Origin: Deltaproteobacteria bacterium | GTDB lineage: Bacteria; Myxococcota_A; Polyangia; Polyangiales; Sandaracinaceae | Reading direction: 5' to 3' | Length of the DNA: 64,000 nt | NCBI GenBank assembly: GCA_017303575.1 | Contig: JAFLCL010000003.1 | Span: forward strand, 9,093 to 73,092 | Part shown: piece by piece, positions 48,393 to 57,853 of the stretch | Layout: each line of letters opens with the position of its first letter | Numbering within the stretch: position 1 is the stretch's first letter | Notes under the pieces: model-generated | Told to the model about the DNA's origin: nothing | Database searches by the model: none | The model's input: only the letters and a program-made list of their open reading frames with translations | Program-made: the position numbers and the translations under genes

Positions 48393-50237
48393 TCAATCGC
48401 GGTAGCCTTGGGCCTGCAGCGTGAAGAGGTGGGCGTAGCGTCCGCCGCGCGCCATCAGCTCGGTGTGGCTGCCCTGCTCGAGGATGCGCCCGCCTTCGAT
48501 CACGAGGATGGTGTCGGCCATGCGCACGGTGGAGAACCGATGGCTGATGAGGATCGCGCTTCGGTCGGCGGTGAGCGCACGGAAGCGCGCGAAGATCCGG
48601 GCCTCGGCCTCTGCGTCCATCGACGCCGTCGGCTCGTCGAGCACCAGCAGATCCGCGTCCTTGCGCATGAACGCGCGCGACAGCGCGATCTTCTGCCACT
48701 GGCCGAGCGACAGCTCGCGGCCGTCGTCGAACCACTTGCCGAGCTGCGTCCCGAAGCCCTTGGGCAGCTCGCGCACGAAGTCGAGCGCGGTGCCCTTGTC
48801 CGCCGCCTCGGTCCAGCGCGCCTCGTCCTCGTACGCACGCACGTCGCCCGCGCCCACGTTCTCGCCGACGGTCAGCTGGTACTGCACGAAGTCCTGGAAG
48901 ATCACGCCGATGCGGCGATGGAGCGCCGCCTCCTCCCACTGATCGAGCGGCAGCCCATCGAGCAGGATGCGGCCCGCCGTCGGCCGGTAGAGGCGCGTGA
49001 GCAGCTTGATGAGCGTCGTCTTGCCCGCACCGTTCTCGCCGACGAGCGCGAGCTTGTGGCGCGGCGGAAGGTGGAACGAGATGTCCTTCAGCACCGGCTC
49101 GGTTGCGCCGGGGTAGGCGAACGCGACGTTCTCGAAGCGCACGCCGTCGTCGGGCTTCGGTCCTTCCGTCTCGGTGCCGAGCGCGTGGTCGGGCGCCTGG
49201 TGCTCGAGGAACGAGAAGAGCGTTCGCAGGTACGGCCGATCGCCGAGGATCTGAGAGGCCGTCGACAAGAGCCCCGAGAGCGAGCCCTCGGCCTGACGGA
49301 ACGCGAGCAGTGCCATGGTCATCGCGCCCAGCGTGATCAGCCCGCTCGCCGCCGAGTACGCCACCCACGCGTAGACCGCGTAGAAGACGAGCATCGAGAT
49401 CTGCCCGAGGAGGAGCGCGTAGGCGGCCCGCTTCACGGTGAGATCACGATCCTCGGCCCACAGCGCGTGGAAGATGGCGCGGTAGCGCGCGAGGAACATC
49501 GGTCCGAGCCCGAAGAGCTTCACCTCCTTCGCGTAGTCGGCCCGCGCGAGGAGCATCTCGAGGTAGTTCTGCTTGCGCGTCTCGGGCGAGCGCCACGAGA
49601 AGAGGCGGAACGCCTCCTTACCGAAGCGCAGCTCCGCGACGAACGAGGGGATGGTCGCCACGATCAGCGCCACCACCGTCCACGGCGAGAGCGCGCCGAG
49701 GAGCGCACCGAGGCCCATCAGCGACAACACGCCCTGCGCGACGCCGCCGAGGTTGTCCACGTGCGACATCGGGCGGTAGCTCGCCTCGCGTCGCGCGCGG
49801 GTCATGCGATCGAGCACCTCGGGTGTCTCGAAGTCCGCCAGCTCGAGGTGCAGGGCCTTCTCGAGGATCGCCTCGTTCACGCGCTGCGCGACGCGCATGC
49901 GCAAGAGCGAGCCGAAGAGGCCCGCGCCTCGGTGGCACGCCGTCATCACCGCCACGAGCACGAGCTCGAGCGCGACGAGCCACATCGCCTGCGTGCGCAG
50001 CGTCGGATCGCCGCCATCGGCCGCGCGCTCGACGCAGTCGACGATGGCGCGACCCGTCCACGCGATCGCTGCGGGTAGCGCCGAGGCAACGAGGCCGAAC
50101 GACGCGATCCCGGCCGCGTAGCCGCGGTGCGTGCTGACCACCAGACGCAGGGCCGCCAGCGAGTCGTGGAGCGACTGGCGCAGGGTCGGGGTCTCGTCCT
50201 CGTCCTCGGCGCTCTTGGCCGCGGGCTTGTCGCTCAC
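48393..50237 (-). CDS. ABC exporter, fused permease and ATPase
   Basis: Six-TM N-terminal half. Walker A GENGAGKTT, signature LSLGQWQKIAL, Walker B LLVLDEPT. GTG 50237 (GTG 50252 is an alternative). Confidence 0.9.
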   Translation of the reverse strand: MSDKPAAKSAEDEDETPTLRQSLHDSLAALRLVVSTHRGYAAGIASFGLVASALPAAIAWTGRAIVDCVERAADGGDPTLRTQAMWLVALELVLVAVMTACHRGAGLFGSLLRMRVAQRVNEAILEKALHLELADFETPEVLDRMTRARREASYRPMSHVDNLGGVAQGVLSLMGLGALLGALSPWTVVALIVATIPSFVAELRFGKEAFRLFSWRSPETRKQNYLEMLLARADYAKEVKLFGLGPMFLARYRAIFHALWAEDRDLTVKRAAYALLLGQISMLVFYAVYAWVAYSAASGLITLGAMTMALLAFRQAEGSLSGLLSTASQILGDRPYLRTLFSFLEHQAPDHALGTETEGPKPDDGVRFENVAFAYPGATEPVLKDISFHLPPRHKLALVGENGAGKTTLIKLLTRLYRPTAGRILLDGLPLDQWEEAALHRRIGVIFQDFVQYQLTVGENVGAGDVRAYEDEARWTEAADKGTALDFVRELPKGFGTQLGKWFDDGRELSLGQWQKIALSRAFMRKDADLLVLDEPTASMDAEAEARIFARFRALTADRSAILISHRFSTVRMADTILVIEGGRILEQGSHTELMARGGRYAHLFTLQAQGYRD

Positions 50238-50338
50238 GCCGCGAGCGTACACGAGGCCCGTACCGCGAACGTGCGTCGGCCCGTCGTTCGGGCAGCCCGA
50301 GTTTTGCGGTCTCCTCCGCGTCGTGGGATCCTCGGGCC

Positions 50339-52516
50339 ATGCCTCCTTGCCTTCGCGCGCCGCGCGCCCTCTCGGGCGCAGCGCTCGCCTTCGCCTCGCT
50401 CGGTCTCTTCGGATGCGGCGATCCTCCTCCCACGTCGACGAACGACGCAGGACCGACCCCCAGCACCTCACAGCTGATCTTCGAGCCGAGCGCAGGCCCG
50501 ATGGACTTCGGCGCGGTGCCGTTCCCCGACGCGCTCTACCGAGACGCCGACGGCGTGATCCAGCTCGGCGAGATCCCAGGCGAGGCGGGGAGCGTCTCGG
50601 GGGCGTTCTTCGAGTCGATCCGGACGGGCCTGCGCGAGGTCGATGGTTTCGGCGCGAGCTCGCCCGTCTTCTTCGGCGTCGAGGGTGAGCTCGACGTGTC
50701 CTCGCTCCCCTCCGATCCCGCCGAGAGCGTGCGCGAGGGCGCGAGCGTCTTCCTCGTCGATGTCGATCCGGCCTCGCCGGACGCGATGTCGCGCATCCCC
50801 GCGGAGGTGCGCTGGTCCTCGTCGCGCCACTTCCTCTCGATCCGCCCCGCCGATGGTCACCCGCTGCACGAGGGCCGGTCCTACGCCGCCGTCGTGACCG
50901 CGAGCGTGCGCGGGGCAGATGGCCGCTCGCTCGCACCGAGCGAGACGTTCGCCGAGGTGCGCGACGCGACGGCAGAGCCCACCGATGCCGTGCATGCGCG
51001 CGCCTGGCGCAACTACCGCTCCGTCTTGGCGGGCCTCGCGGCCGCGGGCGTTGCCACCAGCAACGTCGTCGGCCTCGCGACGTTCCGCGTGCAGAGCGCG
51101 AGCGAGGATCTCCTCGATGCCCGCGCGCTCGTCCGCGCACGGACGGCACCTTCGGTGACGATCGAGCGTGTCGCCTCGGGCGCAGCGCTCGACACCTTGC
51201 TCGGCGTGCCGACGGAGATGTTGCCCGGGCGCGACGTCGAGGGCGGCGTCCTCCACGCCCACATCGGCTGGGTCGTCGACGGTCGTTTCGCCTCTCCGCA
51301 GCTCGGCTCGCCCGCGCCCTTCGTCCACGGCAGCTGGACCCGTGACGCGGACGGGGAGCTCGTCGTGCGCCGCACGGAGGACGTGTGGTTCACGCTCGTC
51401 CTGCCCGCAGGGGCCACCACCGATCTCCCGCTCGTCGTGTTCCAGCACGGCCTCGGCAACGATCGGAGCCAGGTCTTCGCGATCGCCGACACGCTGGCCG
51501 CGGCTGGATACGCGGTGCTCGCGATCGACATCCCCTTCCACGGCATGCGCGCGCGCGCGTCGAGCCCGGCGATGCTCGATGGCGCCCACAACTACGGCGA
51601 CACCGAAGGCCCCGATCTCTACGGCGACATCGCGGGCAACCCGAGCTACGTCGAGTACGTCGGTGTGTTCGACGAAGAGGGCGAGTACCCCGGCTTCCAT
51701 CCCTTCTATCCGCGTGACTCGTTCCGCCAGTCGGTGGTGGATCTCTTCGCAGTGCTCGACGTCGTCGAGCGCAGCGATCTGTCGGGCGTGACGACGGCGA
51801 CGGACGGGCCCGCGATGCTCTCGTTCGACGACGGGCAGATCGCGTTCGTCGGTGTCTCCCTCGGCGGCATCCTCGGCACGATGTTCGTGGCGACGGAAGC
51901 GCGCGTCGGCTGCGCGGTGCTCAACGTGACGGGCGGCAACCTCACGCACCTCGTGGAGCTCAGCGCGGGCTTCAACCCCACCTTCTTCCCGTTGCTCCTG
52001 CCGAAGCTCGGCCTCTCCTACGCAGAGATCGACTACCAGAACGATCCGCCTGCGCACTACCCGCAGATGGCGCTCTACCAGACGCTGCTCGACCGGGGCG
52101 ACTCGATGACCTTCGCGCCCGTGCTCGAGATGCGCGAGACGCACGTGCTCTTCCAGATGGCGATCGACGACGAGACCGTGCCCAACGTGGGCACCGAGGC
52201 GCTCGCACGCGCATCGGGGGCGAGCATCGCGGGCGCCGATCCGCGCTACGTCGATCTCGCGCGCGTGGAGCTGCCCGCGCGTCCCACGTTCATGATCGGC
52301 AGCAGCGCGTTCGTGCGTACGACCACGACGTTCTCTCCCGCGTCGCACGGCCTCATCCTCTCGAACGGCGGCGAGGCTGCGTTCGAGCACCCGCCGCTTC
52401 CGCCGTTCGTCGAGCGCGCGAGCCCGATGACGTTCTCGAACCCCATCGTCGATGCGCAGACGCAGATCGTGCGCTTCTTCGAGAGCTGGCGCGGCGGCAG
52501 CCCCGAGGTTCGTTGA
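50339..52516 (+). CDS. alpha/beta-hydrolase (lipase/esterase-like) lipoprotein
   Basis: Lipobox LGLFGC. VVFQHGLG (oxyanion HG) and GVSLGG (GxSxG nucleophile elbow). Large N-terminal domain of the kind seen in secreted bacterial lipases. Confidence 0.75.
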   Translation: MPPCLRAPRALSGAALAFASLGLFGCGDPPPTSTNDAGPTPSTSQLIFEPSAGPMDFGAVPFPDALYRDADGVIQLGEIPGEAGSVSGAFFESIRTGLREVDGFGASSPVFFGVEGELDVSSLPSDPAESVREGASVFLVDVDPASPDAMSRIPAEVRWSSSRHFLSIRPADGHPLHEGRSYAAVVTASVRGADGRSLAPSETFAEVRDATAEPTDAVHARAWRNYRSVLAGLAAAGVATSNVVGLATFRVQSASEDLLDARALVRARTAPSVTIERVASGAALDTLLGVPTEMLPGRDVEGGVLHAHIGWVVDGRFASPQLGSPAPFVHGSWTRDADGELVVRRTEDVWFTLVLPAGATTDLPLVVFQHGLGNDRSQVFAIADTLAAAGYAVLAIDIPFHGMRARASSPAMLDGAHNYGDTEGPDLYGDIAGNPSYVEYVGVFDEEGEYPGFHPFYPRDSFRQSVVDLFAVLDVVERSDLSGVTTATDGPAMLSFDDGQIAFVGVSLGGILGTMFVATEARVGCAVLNVTGGNLTHLVELSAGFNPTFFPLLLPKLGLSYAEIDYQNDPPAHYPQMALYQTLLDRGDSMTFAPVLEMRETHVLFQMAIDDETVPNVGTEALARASGASIAGADPRYVDLARVELPARPTFMIGSSAFVRTTTTFSPASHGLILSNGGEAAFEHPPLPPFVERASPMTFSNPIVDAQTQIVRFFESWRGGSPEVR

Positions 52517-52519
52517 TCG

Positions 52520-53962
52520 TCAGCGTGTCGGTGGCGGCACGGGCGGCGGCGGCACTGGGATCACGGGCGGCGGCACCGGCGTGATGGGCGGGGGAGGGAC
52601 GGGCGTGACGCCGGTGCTGGTGGGCGCGCCAGGATCCGTCGGCGTGGTCGGAGGCGGACGACGCAGCATGCCCTGCACGTACCGGAGCAGCGTGCGCACC
52701 TGACCGTAGGAGAGGCTCGTGCGCGCGTCGAGCGCGGCCTCCGTTGTCTCGATCTCGAGCGCACCGAGCGGACCGCCCATGCCCGCGAACGACACGAACG
52801 GATTGCCGAGCGCGCGCGCGCGCAGCCTCTCGAAGCAGGCGGCCGCTTCGCTGCTCTGCTCGGCGGAGTCGAAGATCGCGTGCAAGGACACGCGCACCTC
52901 GCTCGTGTCCTCGTCGACGCGCGCTGCGAGGCGCGTGGGCACGACGCACGGGCTCTGACGGACGTAGGCGCGGGCGCCCTCGATCTCGATCGTGATCGCG
53001 GCTCCGTCGGGCAGGGCGAGCAGTGCGTCCGCAGGTGTGTCGGTGGCGTCGCTCGCCGCGCGCGCGGCGGCGATCGCGAGCACCCGCGGCAGATCCTCGG
53101 GGCGCGCGATCACGAAGTGTCGATCGCCGACGATGGCCACGCGACGCGAGGTCGCATCGGGGTTGGGCCAGTCGGACGTGGGCACGCCTTCCACGTCTTC
53201 CCACTGCGGTGTGCCGCCGCCTGCGACGATCAGGCGCTCGACGATCGCCATCGGTGCATCGGCCTCCGTCGTGAGCCGTCCCGCAACCACGAGCGAGCTG
53301 CGCTGGAGGTTCGGCGTCGCGACCAACACGCGCGACAGATCACGCACGGGATCGACGCCGCTCGATCCGAGCAGCGCCTGCCAGTCCGGGATCGCACCGA
53401 GCAACCGCTCGACGTCGCTCCGCACGGGCGAGCTCCGCACGCGATCGAGATCGAGCCGTAGCGCGATCTGACCGCCTGCAGGGAGGAACGCGACCGGCGG
53501 TCGTGCGCCGTCTCCCGCGCCGCTCGCGAGCAGCTCGCCGGCGTCGGGATCCATCGCGGCATCGCGGCGTCGCCGTCGCGGCGCATCGCTCGGTACGCCG
53601 CCGTCGCCGATGGATCCGTCGCTCGGAGGCACTCCCGCGTCCATCGCTCCCGGGCCGCTGCCGTTCGTGCCCGCAGGCTCTTCCGACGCGGGGGAAGGGG
53701 GCGGCGGGATCGCTTCGACCTCGACCACGTCCGTCATCCCGAGCTCGAGCTCCGCGGGCACCGAGAACTCGAAGCCGTAGTCGGGCACCTCCACGGTCAG
53801 GGAGACGAGCGCGACGAGCGTGCCGTGCACGAGCACCGACGAAGCCCAGCCCGCCAGGCCTGCGCGACGCGTGAGCGCGGCGTCGGCCGCGAGCGCACGC
53901 TCGGAAGCGCTGAGCTCGATCGTGGGCTGCGCGCTCGGCGGAGCGCTGGGTTCTCCTGACAC
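52520..53962 (-). CDS. membrane-anchored hypothetical protein with Pro-rich C-terminus
   Basis: GTG 53962. Single TM helix WASSVLVHGTLVALVSL. C-terminal PPPxTPVPPP tract. Central region resembles the 2685-3692 product. Confidence 0.55.
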   Translation of the reverse strand: MSGEPSAPPSAQPTIELSASERALAADAALTRRAGLAGWASSVLVHGTLVALVSLTVEVPDYGFEFSVPAELELGMTDVVEVEAIPPPPSPASEEPAGTNGSGPGAMDAGVPPSDGSIGDGGVPSDAPRRRRRDAAMDPDAGELLASGAGDGARPPVAFLPAGGQIALRLDLDRVRSSPVRSDVERLLGAIPDWQALLGSSGVDPVRDLSRVLVATPNLQRSSLVVAGRLTTEADAPMAIVERLIVAGGGTPQWEDVEGVPTSDWPNPDATSRRVAIVGDRHFVIARPEDLPRVLAIAAARAASDATDTPADALLALPDGAAITIEIEGARAYVRQSPCVVPTRLAARVDEDTSEVRVSLHAIFDSAEQSSEAAACFERLRARALGNPFVSFAGMGGPLGALEIETTEAALDARTSLSYGQVRTLLRYVQGMLRRPPPTTPTDPGAPTSTGVTPVPPPPITPVPPPVIPVPPPPVPPPTR

Positions 53963-54082
53963 GTTGGGGCCTTCGACGACGGAGCAGTGTCATGCATTCG
54001 CGTCCTCGCCAAAGCGCGCGCCGCGGATGGGGAGGTGGCGTTTGACTCCGCGCCGAGCGCGTTTCACTCGTTGCGCCCCGTG

Positions 54083-55741
54083 ATGCCCCGGCACCTCGAC
54101 CCACGCCTCCACGCTCTGGCCCTCGCGCTCGCTGCGAGCTGCGTCGCGTCGTTCACGGTCGTCGCTTGTGGGGGCGCGGAAGAGAGCCCCGATGCGTACG
54201 AGGCGCCGCCCGAGCCCGTCGACGCCAACGTCGACGCAGCGCCGCCGCCGCCGCCCGGGCCTCCCAAGCGTCTCTTCGCGAAGCGCTACGTGGTGCGAGT
54301 GTTCGCGCGCGCCGATCGGGACTCGGAGCGCCTCGGCTACCTGCGCGCAGGCTCGACGCACATGGCGCGCACGCACGATCCGATCGGCACCGAGCGATGC
54401 GCGGGCGGCTGGTACGAGCTCGAGGTCGGCGGCTTCGTCTGCAGCGGTCGCGACGTGACGGCGTTCGAGGGACGACGCCTGCCCGCGCGTCCTCCGGCCC
54501 AGCCCGACTTCGAGGCCGAGCTGCCGTACCGCTACGCGCGCTCGCGGCGCGAGAACCTCGCCGTCTACCGACGCGTCCCGACCGATGAAGAGGCCGCGAT
54601 CTACGAGGGCTACCGGATCCCGGGCATGGAGCCGCCGCCCGCGGAAGAAGGCGCGCCCGCCGAAGCGGCGCCCGTCGAGGCGCCCGCGCCCGAGCCCGAG
54701 ATCATGACGGCGTCCGGTCCCGCGGAGACCGCGGGTGAAGAAGGCGCGCTCGATCCCGCCGAGCCGGTGGTGCCCACGCTCGCGTCGCTCGAAGGTGAGC
54801 GAGGCGGCGTCCTGATGAGGCGGACGCTCCGGGGCTTCATCTTCGCCGTCGATCGCGACGTGCGCGCGGGACCGCGTCGCTACTGGCGCACGCTCTCGAA
54901 CGAGATCATCCCGTACTCGGGCCTCGATCGACCGCGCAGCTCGACCTTCATCACGAGCTCGGGCTTCTCGGGCGCGATCCTCTCGCGCGAGCCGGTGCCC
55001 GATGCCGGCCTCGGCGATGCGGACGCGGGCGTGACGCTCCCGACGAGCGGCGTTCATCTGCCGATCGGGTTCGTGATGTCGTCGAAGGTGAATCAGTTCA
55101 CCGTCGGACGTGATGGTCGTCCGCGGCGCGGTCGCACGCCCGGCTACCACCACATGTTTCAGATCACCGGCGAGATCGACTCACGCGGCACGCCGTACGT
55201 GACCACGAACGACGGGCGTCTCTTCCGCCCCGAGGACGTGCGCATCCTCCGCGCCGCGACCGAGCGTCCCGAGGGCGTCGGCGAGAACGACAAGTGGATC
55301 GACATCGATCTCTCGACGCAGACGCTCATCGCGTACGAGGGCCTCACGCCCGTCTTCGCGACGCTCGTCTCCACGGGCCGCGTGCGCGACCCCGACGATC
55401 CGCTGCGTGACATGCGCACCCCCACCGGTCTCTTCCGCATCACCAGCAAGCACGTGACGCACACGATGGACGGAGACCACGCGGCTGACGGCCCGTACTC
55501 GATCGAGGACGTGCCCTACGTGATGTACTTCCAGCTCGCGTACGCGCTGCACTCCGCGTTCTGGCACGACGGCTTCGGTCGTCCGCGCTCGCACGGCTGC
55601 GTGAACCTCTCGCCGCACGACGCGCGCTGGCTCTTCCAGTGGGCGGGCCCGACGCTGCCCACGGGATGGCACGCCGTCTTCCCCCGCCCCGAGAACCCCG
55701 CGACGTGGGTGAACGTACGCGGCGAGACCCCCGAGGGCTGA
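54083..55741 (+). CDS. L,D-transpeptidase (YkuD) lipoprotein
   Basis: ATG 54083. Lipobox TVVAC. YkuD catalytic block HSAFWHDGFGRPRSHGCVNLSPHDARWLF. An SH3-like segment (GWYELEVGGFV) lies upstream of it. Confidence 0.85.
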   Translation: MPRHLDPRLHALALALAASCVASFTVVACGGAEESPDAYEAPPEPVDANVDAAPPPPPGPPKRLFAKRYVVRVFARADRDSERLGYLRAGSTHMARTHDPIGTERCAGGWYELEVGGFVCSGRDVTAFEGRRLPARPPAQPDFEAELPYRYARSRRENLAVYRRVPTDEEAAIYEGYRIPGMEPPPAEEGAPAEAAPVEAPAPEPEIMTASGPAETAGEEGALDPAEPVVPTLASLEGERGGVLMRRTLRGFIFAVDRDVRAGPRRYWRTLSNEIIPYSGLDRPRSSTFITSSGFSGAILSREPVPDAGLGDADAGVTLPTSGVHLPIGFVMSSKVNQFTVGRDGRPRRGRTPGYHHMFQITGEIDSRGTPYVTTNDGRLFRPEDVRILRAATERPEGVGENDKWIDIDLSTQTLIAYEGLTPVFATLVSTGRVRDPDDPLRDMRTPTGLFRITSKHVTHTMDGDHAADGPYSIEDVPYVMYFQLAYALHSAFWHDGFGRPRSHGCVNLSPHDARWLFQWAGPTLPTGWHAVFPRPENPATWVNVRGETPEG

Positions 55742-55864
55742 GCTTCGATCTCGTGTCGCACGATGCGACGCTCCCGGATGGACCGTGGACGAATCTCCGC
55801 GCGGAGCGCTTGCGGCGCGTTTCGTCGTGATAGAAGCCCGGCGTTCCTCATCGCGGAGGCGGAG

Positions 55865-56785
55865 ATGGTCGACAAGGTCTCGAAGGTGTGGCTCGACGGA
55901 AAGCTGATCGACTGGGATCAGGCGAACGTCCACATCCTCACGCACACGCTGCACTACGGCCTCGGCGTCTTCGAGGGCATCCGCTGCTACGAGACACACG
56001 ACGGCAAGAGCGCGATCTTCCGTCTGAACGAGCACATCCGTCGTCTCTTCGACTCCGCGAAGATCTGCACGATGCCGATGCCGTTCACGCAGGAGGAGGT
56101 CGTGGAGGCGTGCCTCGAGACCGTGCGCGCCAACCAGATGAAGGCCTGCTACCTGCGCCCGCTCGCGTTCCTCGGTGACGGCGCGATGGGCTTGGGCGCG
56201 GTGAACCCCACGCGCGTCGCGGTGGTGGTGTGGCACTGGGGCGCGTACCTCGGTGAGGAGGGCCTCCAGAAGGGCATCCGCGCCAAGGTCAGCTCGTTCA
56301 CGCGGCCCGGCATCAACATGCTGATGGCCAAGGGCAAGGTCGTCGGGCACTACGTGAACTCCGTGCTCGCCAAGCGCGAGGCGCTCGCCGCTGGATACCA
56401 AGAGGCGATCCTGCTGGACGCGCAGGGCCGCGTGAGCGAGGCCTCGGGCGAGAACGTGTGGATGGTGCGCGACGGCGTGGTCTACACGCCCTCGTACGGC
56501 GGCTCGATCCTCGGCGGCATCACGCGGGACTCGATCCTCCACATCCTGCGAAACGACCTCGGTCTCACCGTGGTCGAGCGAGACATCGCGCGCGACGAGC
56601 TCTACATCGCCGAGGAGATCTTCCTGTGCGGTACCGCGGCCGAGGTCACGCCCGTGCGTGAGGTCGATGATCGCCGTGTCGGCGAGGGCGCGCGCGGGCC
56701 GATCACCAAGAAGATCCAGGACCGCTACTTCGAGGTCGTGCGCGGCATCAAGCCCACGCGCCCCGAGTGGCTCAGCTACGTGTAG
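55865..56785 (+). CDS. ilvE: branched-chain amino acid aminotransferase (class IV)
   Basis: 306 aa. HTLHYGLGVFEGIRCY, AKGKVVGHYVNSVLAKREA, EASGENVWMV and LGGITRDS are IlvE hallmarks. Confidence 0.95.
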   Translation: MVDKVSKVWLDGKLIDWDQANVHILTHTLHYGLGVFEGIRCYETHDGKSAIFRLNEHIRRLFDSAKICTMPMPFTQEEVVEACLETVRANQMKACYLRPLAFLGDGAMGLGAVNPTRVAVVVWHWGAYLGEEGLQKGIRAKVSSFTRPGINMLMAKGKVVGHYVNSVLAKREALAAGYQEAILLDAQGRVSEASGENVWMVRDGVVYTPSYGGSILGGITRDSILHILRNDLGLTVVERDIARDELYIAEEIFLCGTAAEVTPVREVDDRRVGEGARGPITKKIQDRYFEVVRGIKPTRPEWLSYV

Positions 56786-56870
56786 CTCGCGCCTTGGGCG
56801 CGGCTCGGGGGCCGACGCGCCCCCGGACCCCGCCTCGTTCCTTCGTCGCTTCGCTCCTCCCTCGACTCAG

Positions 56871-56944
56871 GGGCCCATAGCTCAACCGGTTAGAGCTCCC
56901 CGCTCATAACGGGGCGTGTCTCGGTTCGAATCCGAGTGGGCCCA
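56871..56944 (+). tRNA. tRNA with anticodon CAT (elongator Met or lysidine-modified Ile2), no encoded CCA
   Basis: Hand-folded cloverleaf: acceptor GGGCCCA/TGGGCCC, D stem GCTC/GAGC, anticodon stem CCCCG/CGGGG with loop CTCATAA, T arm CTCGG-TTCGAAT-CCGAG, discriminator A. Confidence 0.9.
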
Positions 56945-57048
56945 AGCAGCGCGCGCACGCGGGACGCACGCGACCCCACGCACGCTCTTGCGCGGGCTCA
57001 CGAACGGCGGTACGAGCGCGATCCCCGTGCAACTACCGAGCGCGGCGG

Positions 57049-57777
57049 ATGAAAGGTACACGCGTGCGAGAGCAGCTGAGGGCACTCGTCAAGCTGGCGG
57101 AGATCGATGCGAAGGCGCGAGGCATCGACGATCGGTTGAAGGGGCTCCCGGTCGAGCTCGAGGAGCGCAGGCTGGGCGTCAAGCGCCTCGAGGACTTGGT
57201 CACTCGCCAGCGCAACGCGCTCGCCGAGGCCGAGCGGCTCCTCGGGACGCAAGAGCTCGACGTGGCGTCCCGCAACGACGCGCTGTCGAAGGCCAAGTCC
57301 AAAGGCGCCAAGGCCAAGAACGGCCGCGAGGCCGAGGCCGCCGAGCGTGAGCTCGAGGGTGTGCGTCGCAGCATCAAGGACGGCGAGACCCACCGCGACG
57401 CCCTCAAGGACCGCATCGAGAAGATGCGCGGCGGCCTCGGTGATCCCGAGCGCGCCCTCGAGGAAGCCAAGGGCGAGCTCGCGGTGGCCGAGTCCGAGCT
57501 CGAGGGCAAGCTCTCGGCGCTGCGCGAGGAGCGTGCCTCGGTGGTCGCCGGACGCGAGGTCTACGCCAAGCTGATCCACAAGGATCACACGCGCATCTAC
57601 GACCGCATCGTGAAGGGCAAGCCGCCCGCGGTGTGCGAGGTGAACGCGAACGGCATCTGCAGCGCGTGCCGCATGGCCGTGGCGCCGCAGCGCTTCATCC
57701 AGATCCAGCGCGGCGAGATCCTCAACTGCCAGAGCTGTCAGCGCTTCCTCTACACGAAGGCCTCGCTCGACGAGTGA
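57049..57777 (+). CDS. coiled-coil protein with C-terminal C4 zinc ribbon (COG1579-like)
   Basis: Long heptad-rich N-terminal part. C-terminal CSACRMAV..NCQSCQRFL zinc ribbon, as in the COG1579/DUF164 family. Confidence 0.8.
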   Translation: MKGTRVREQLRALVKLAEIDAKARGIDDRLKGLPVELEERRLGVKRLEDLVTRQRNALAEAERLLGTQELDVASRNDALSKAKSKGAKAKNGREAEAAERELEGVRRSIKDGETHRDALKDRIEKMRGGLGDPERALEEAKGELAVAESELEGKLSALREERASVVAGREVYAKLIHKDHTRIYDRIVKGKPPAVCEVNANGICSACRMAVAPQRFIQIQRGEILNCQSCQRFLYTKASLDE

Positions 57778-57853
57778 GGACCAGAGCCTCGCTCGAGGCT
57801 CCCGTCGGTTGGACGAGACGCTCGGACGCGCCCGCGAGTAGGCTGTGGGCCGC

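Noticed and set aside
47563-50237. RiPP biosynthetic cluster (ATP-grasp plus exporter)
   Set aside because: I found no short precursor-peptide ORF, leader-like sequence or additional tailoring enzyme in the flanks. I kept only the weaker statement that a ligase-exporter pair exists.
56871-56944. Initiator tRNA-fMet
   Set aside because: The 1:72 pair is a G:C Watson-Crick pair, and the anticodon stem lacks the three consecutive G:C pairs (G29-G31) of bacterial initiators.
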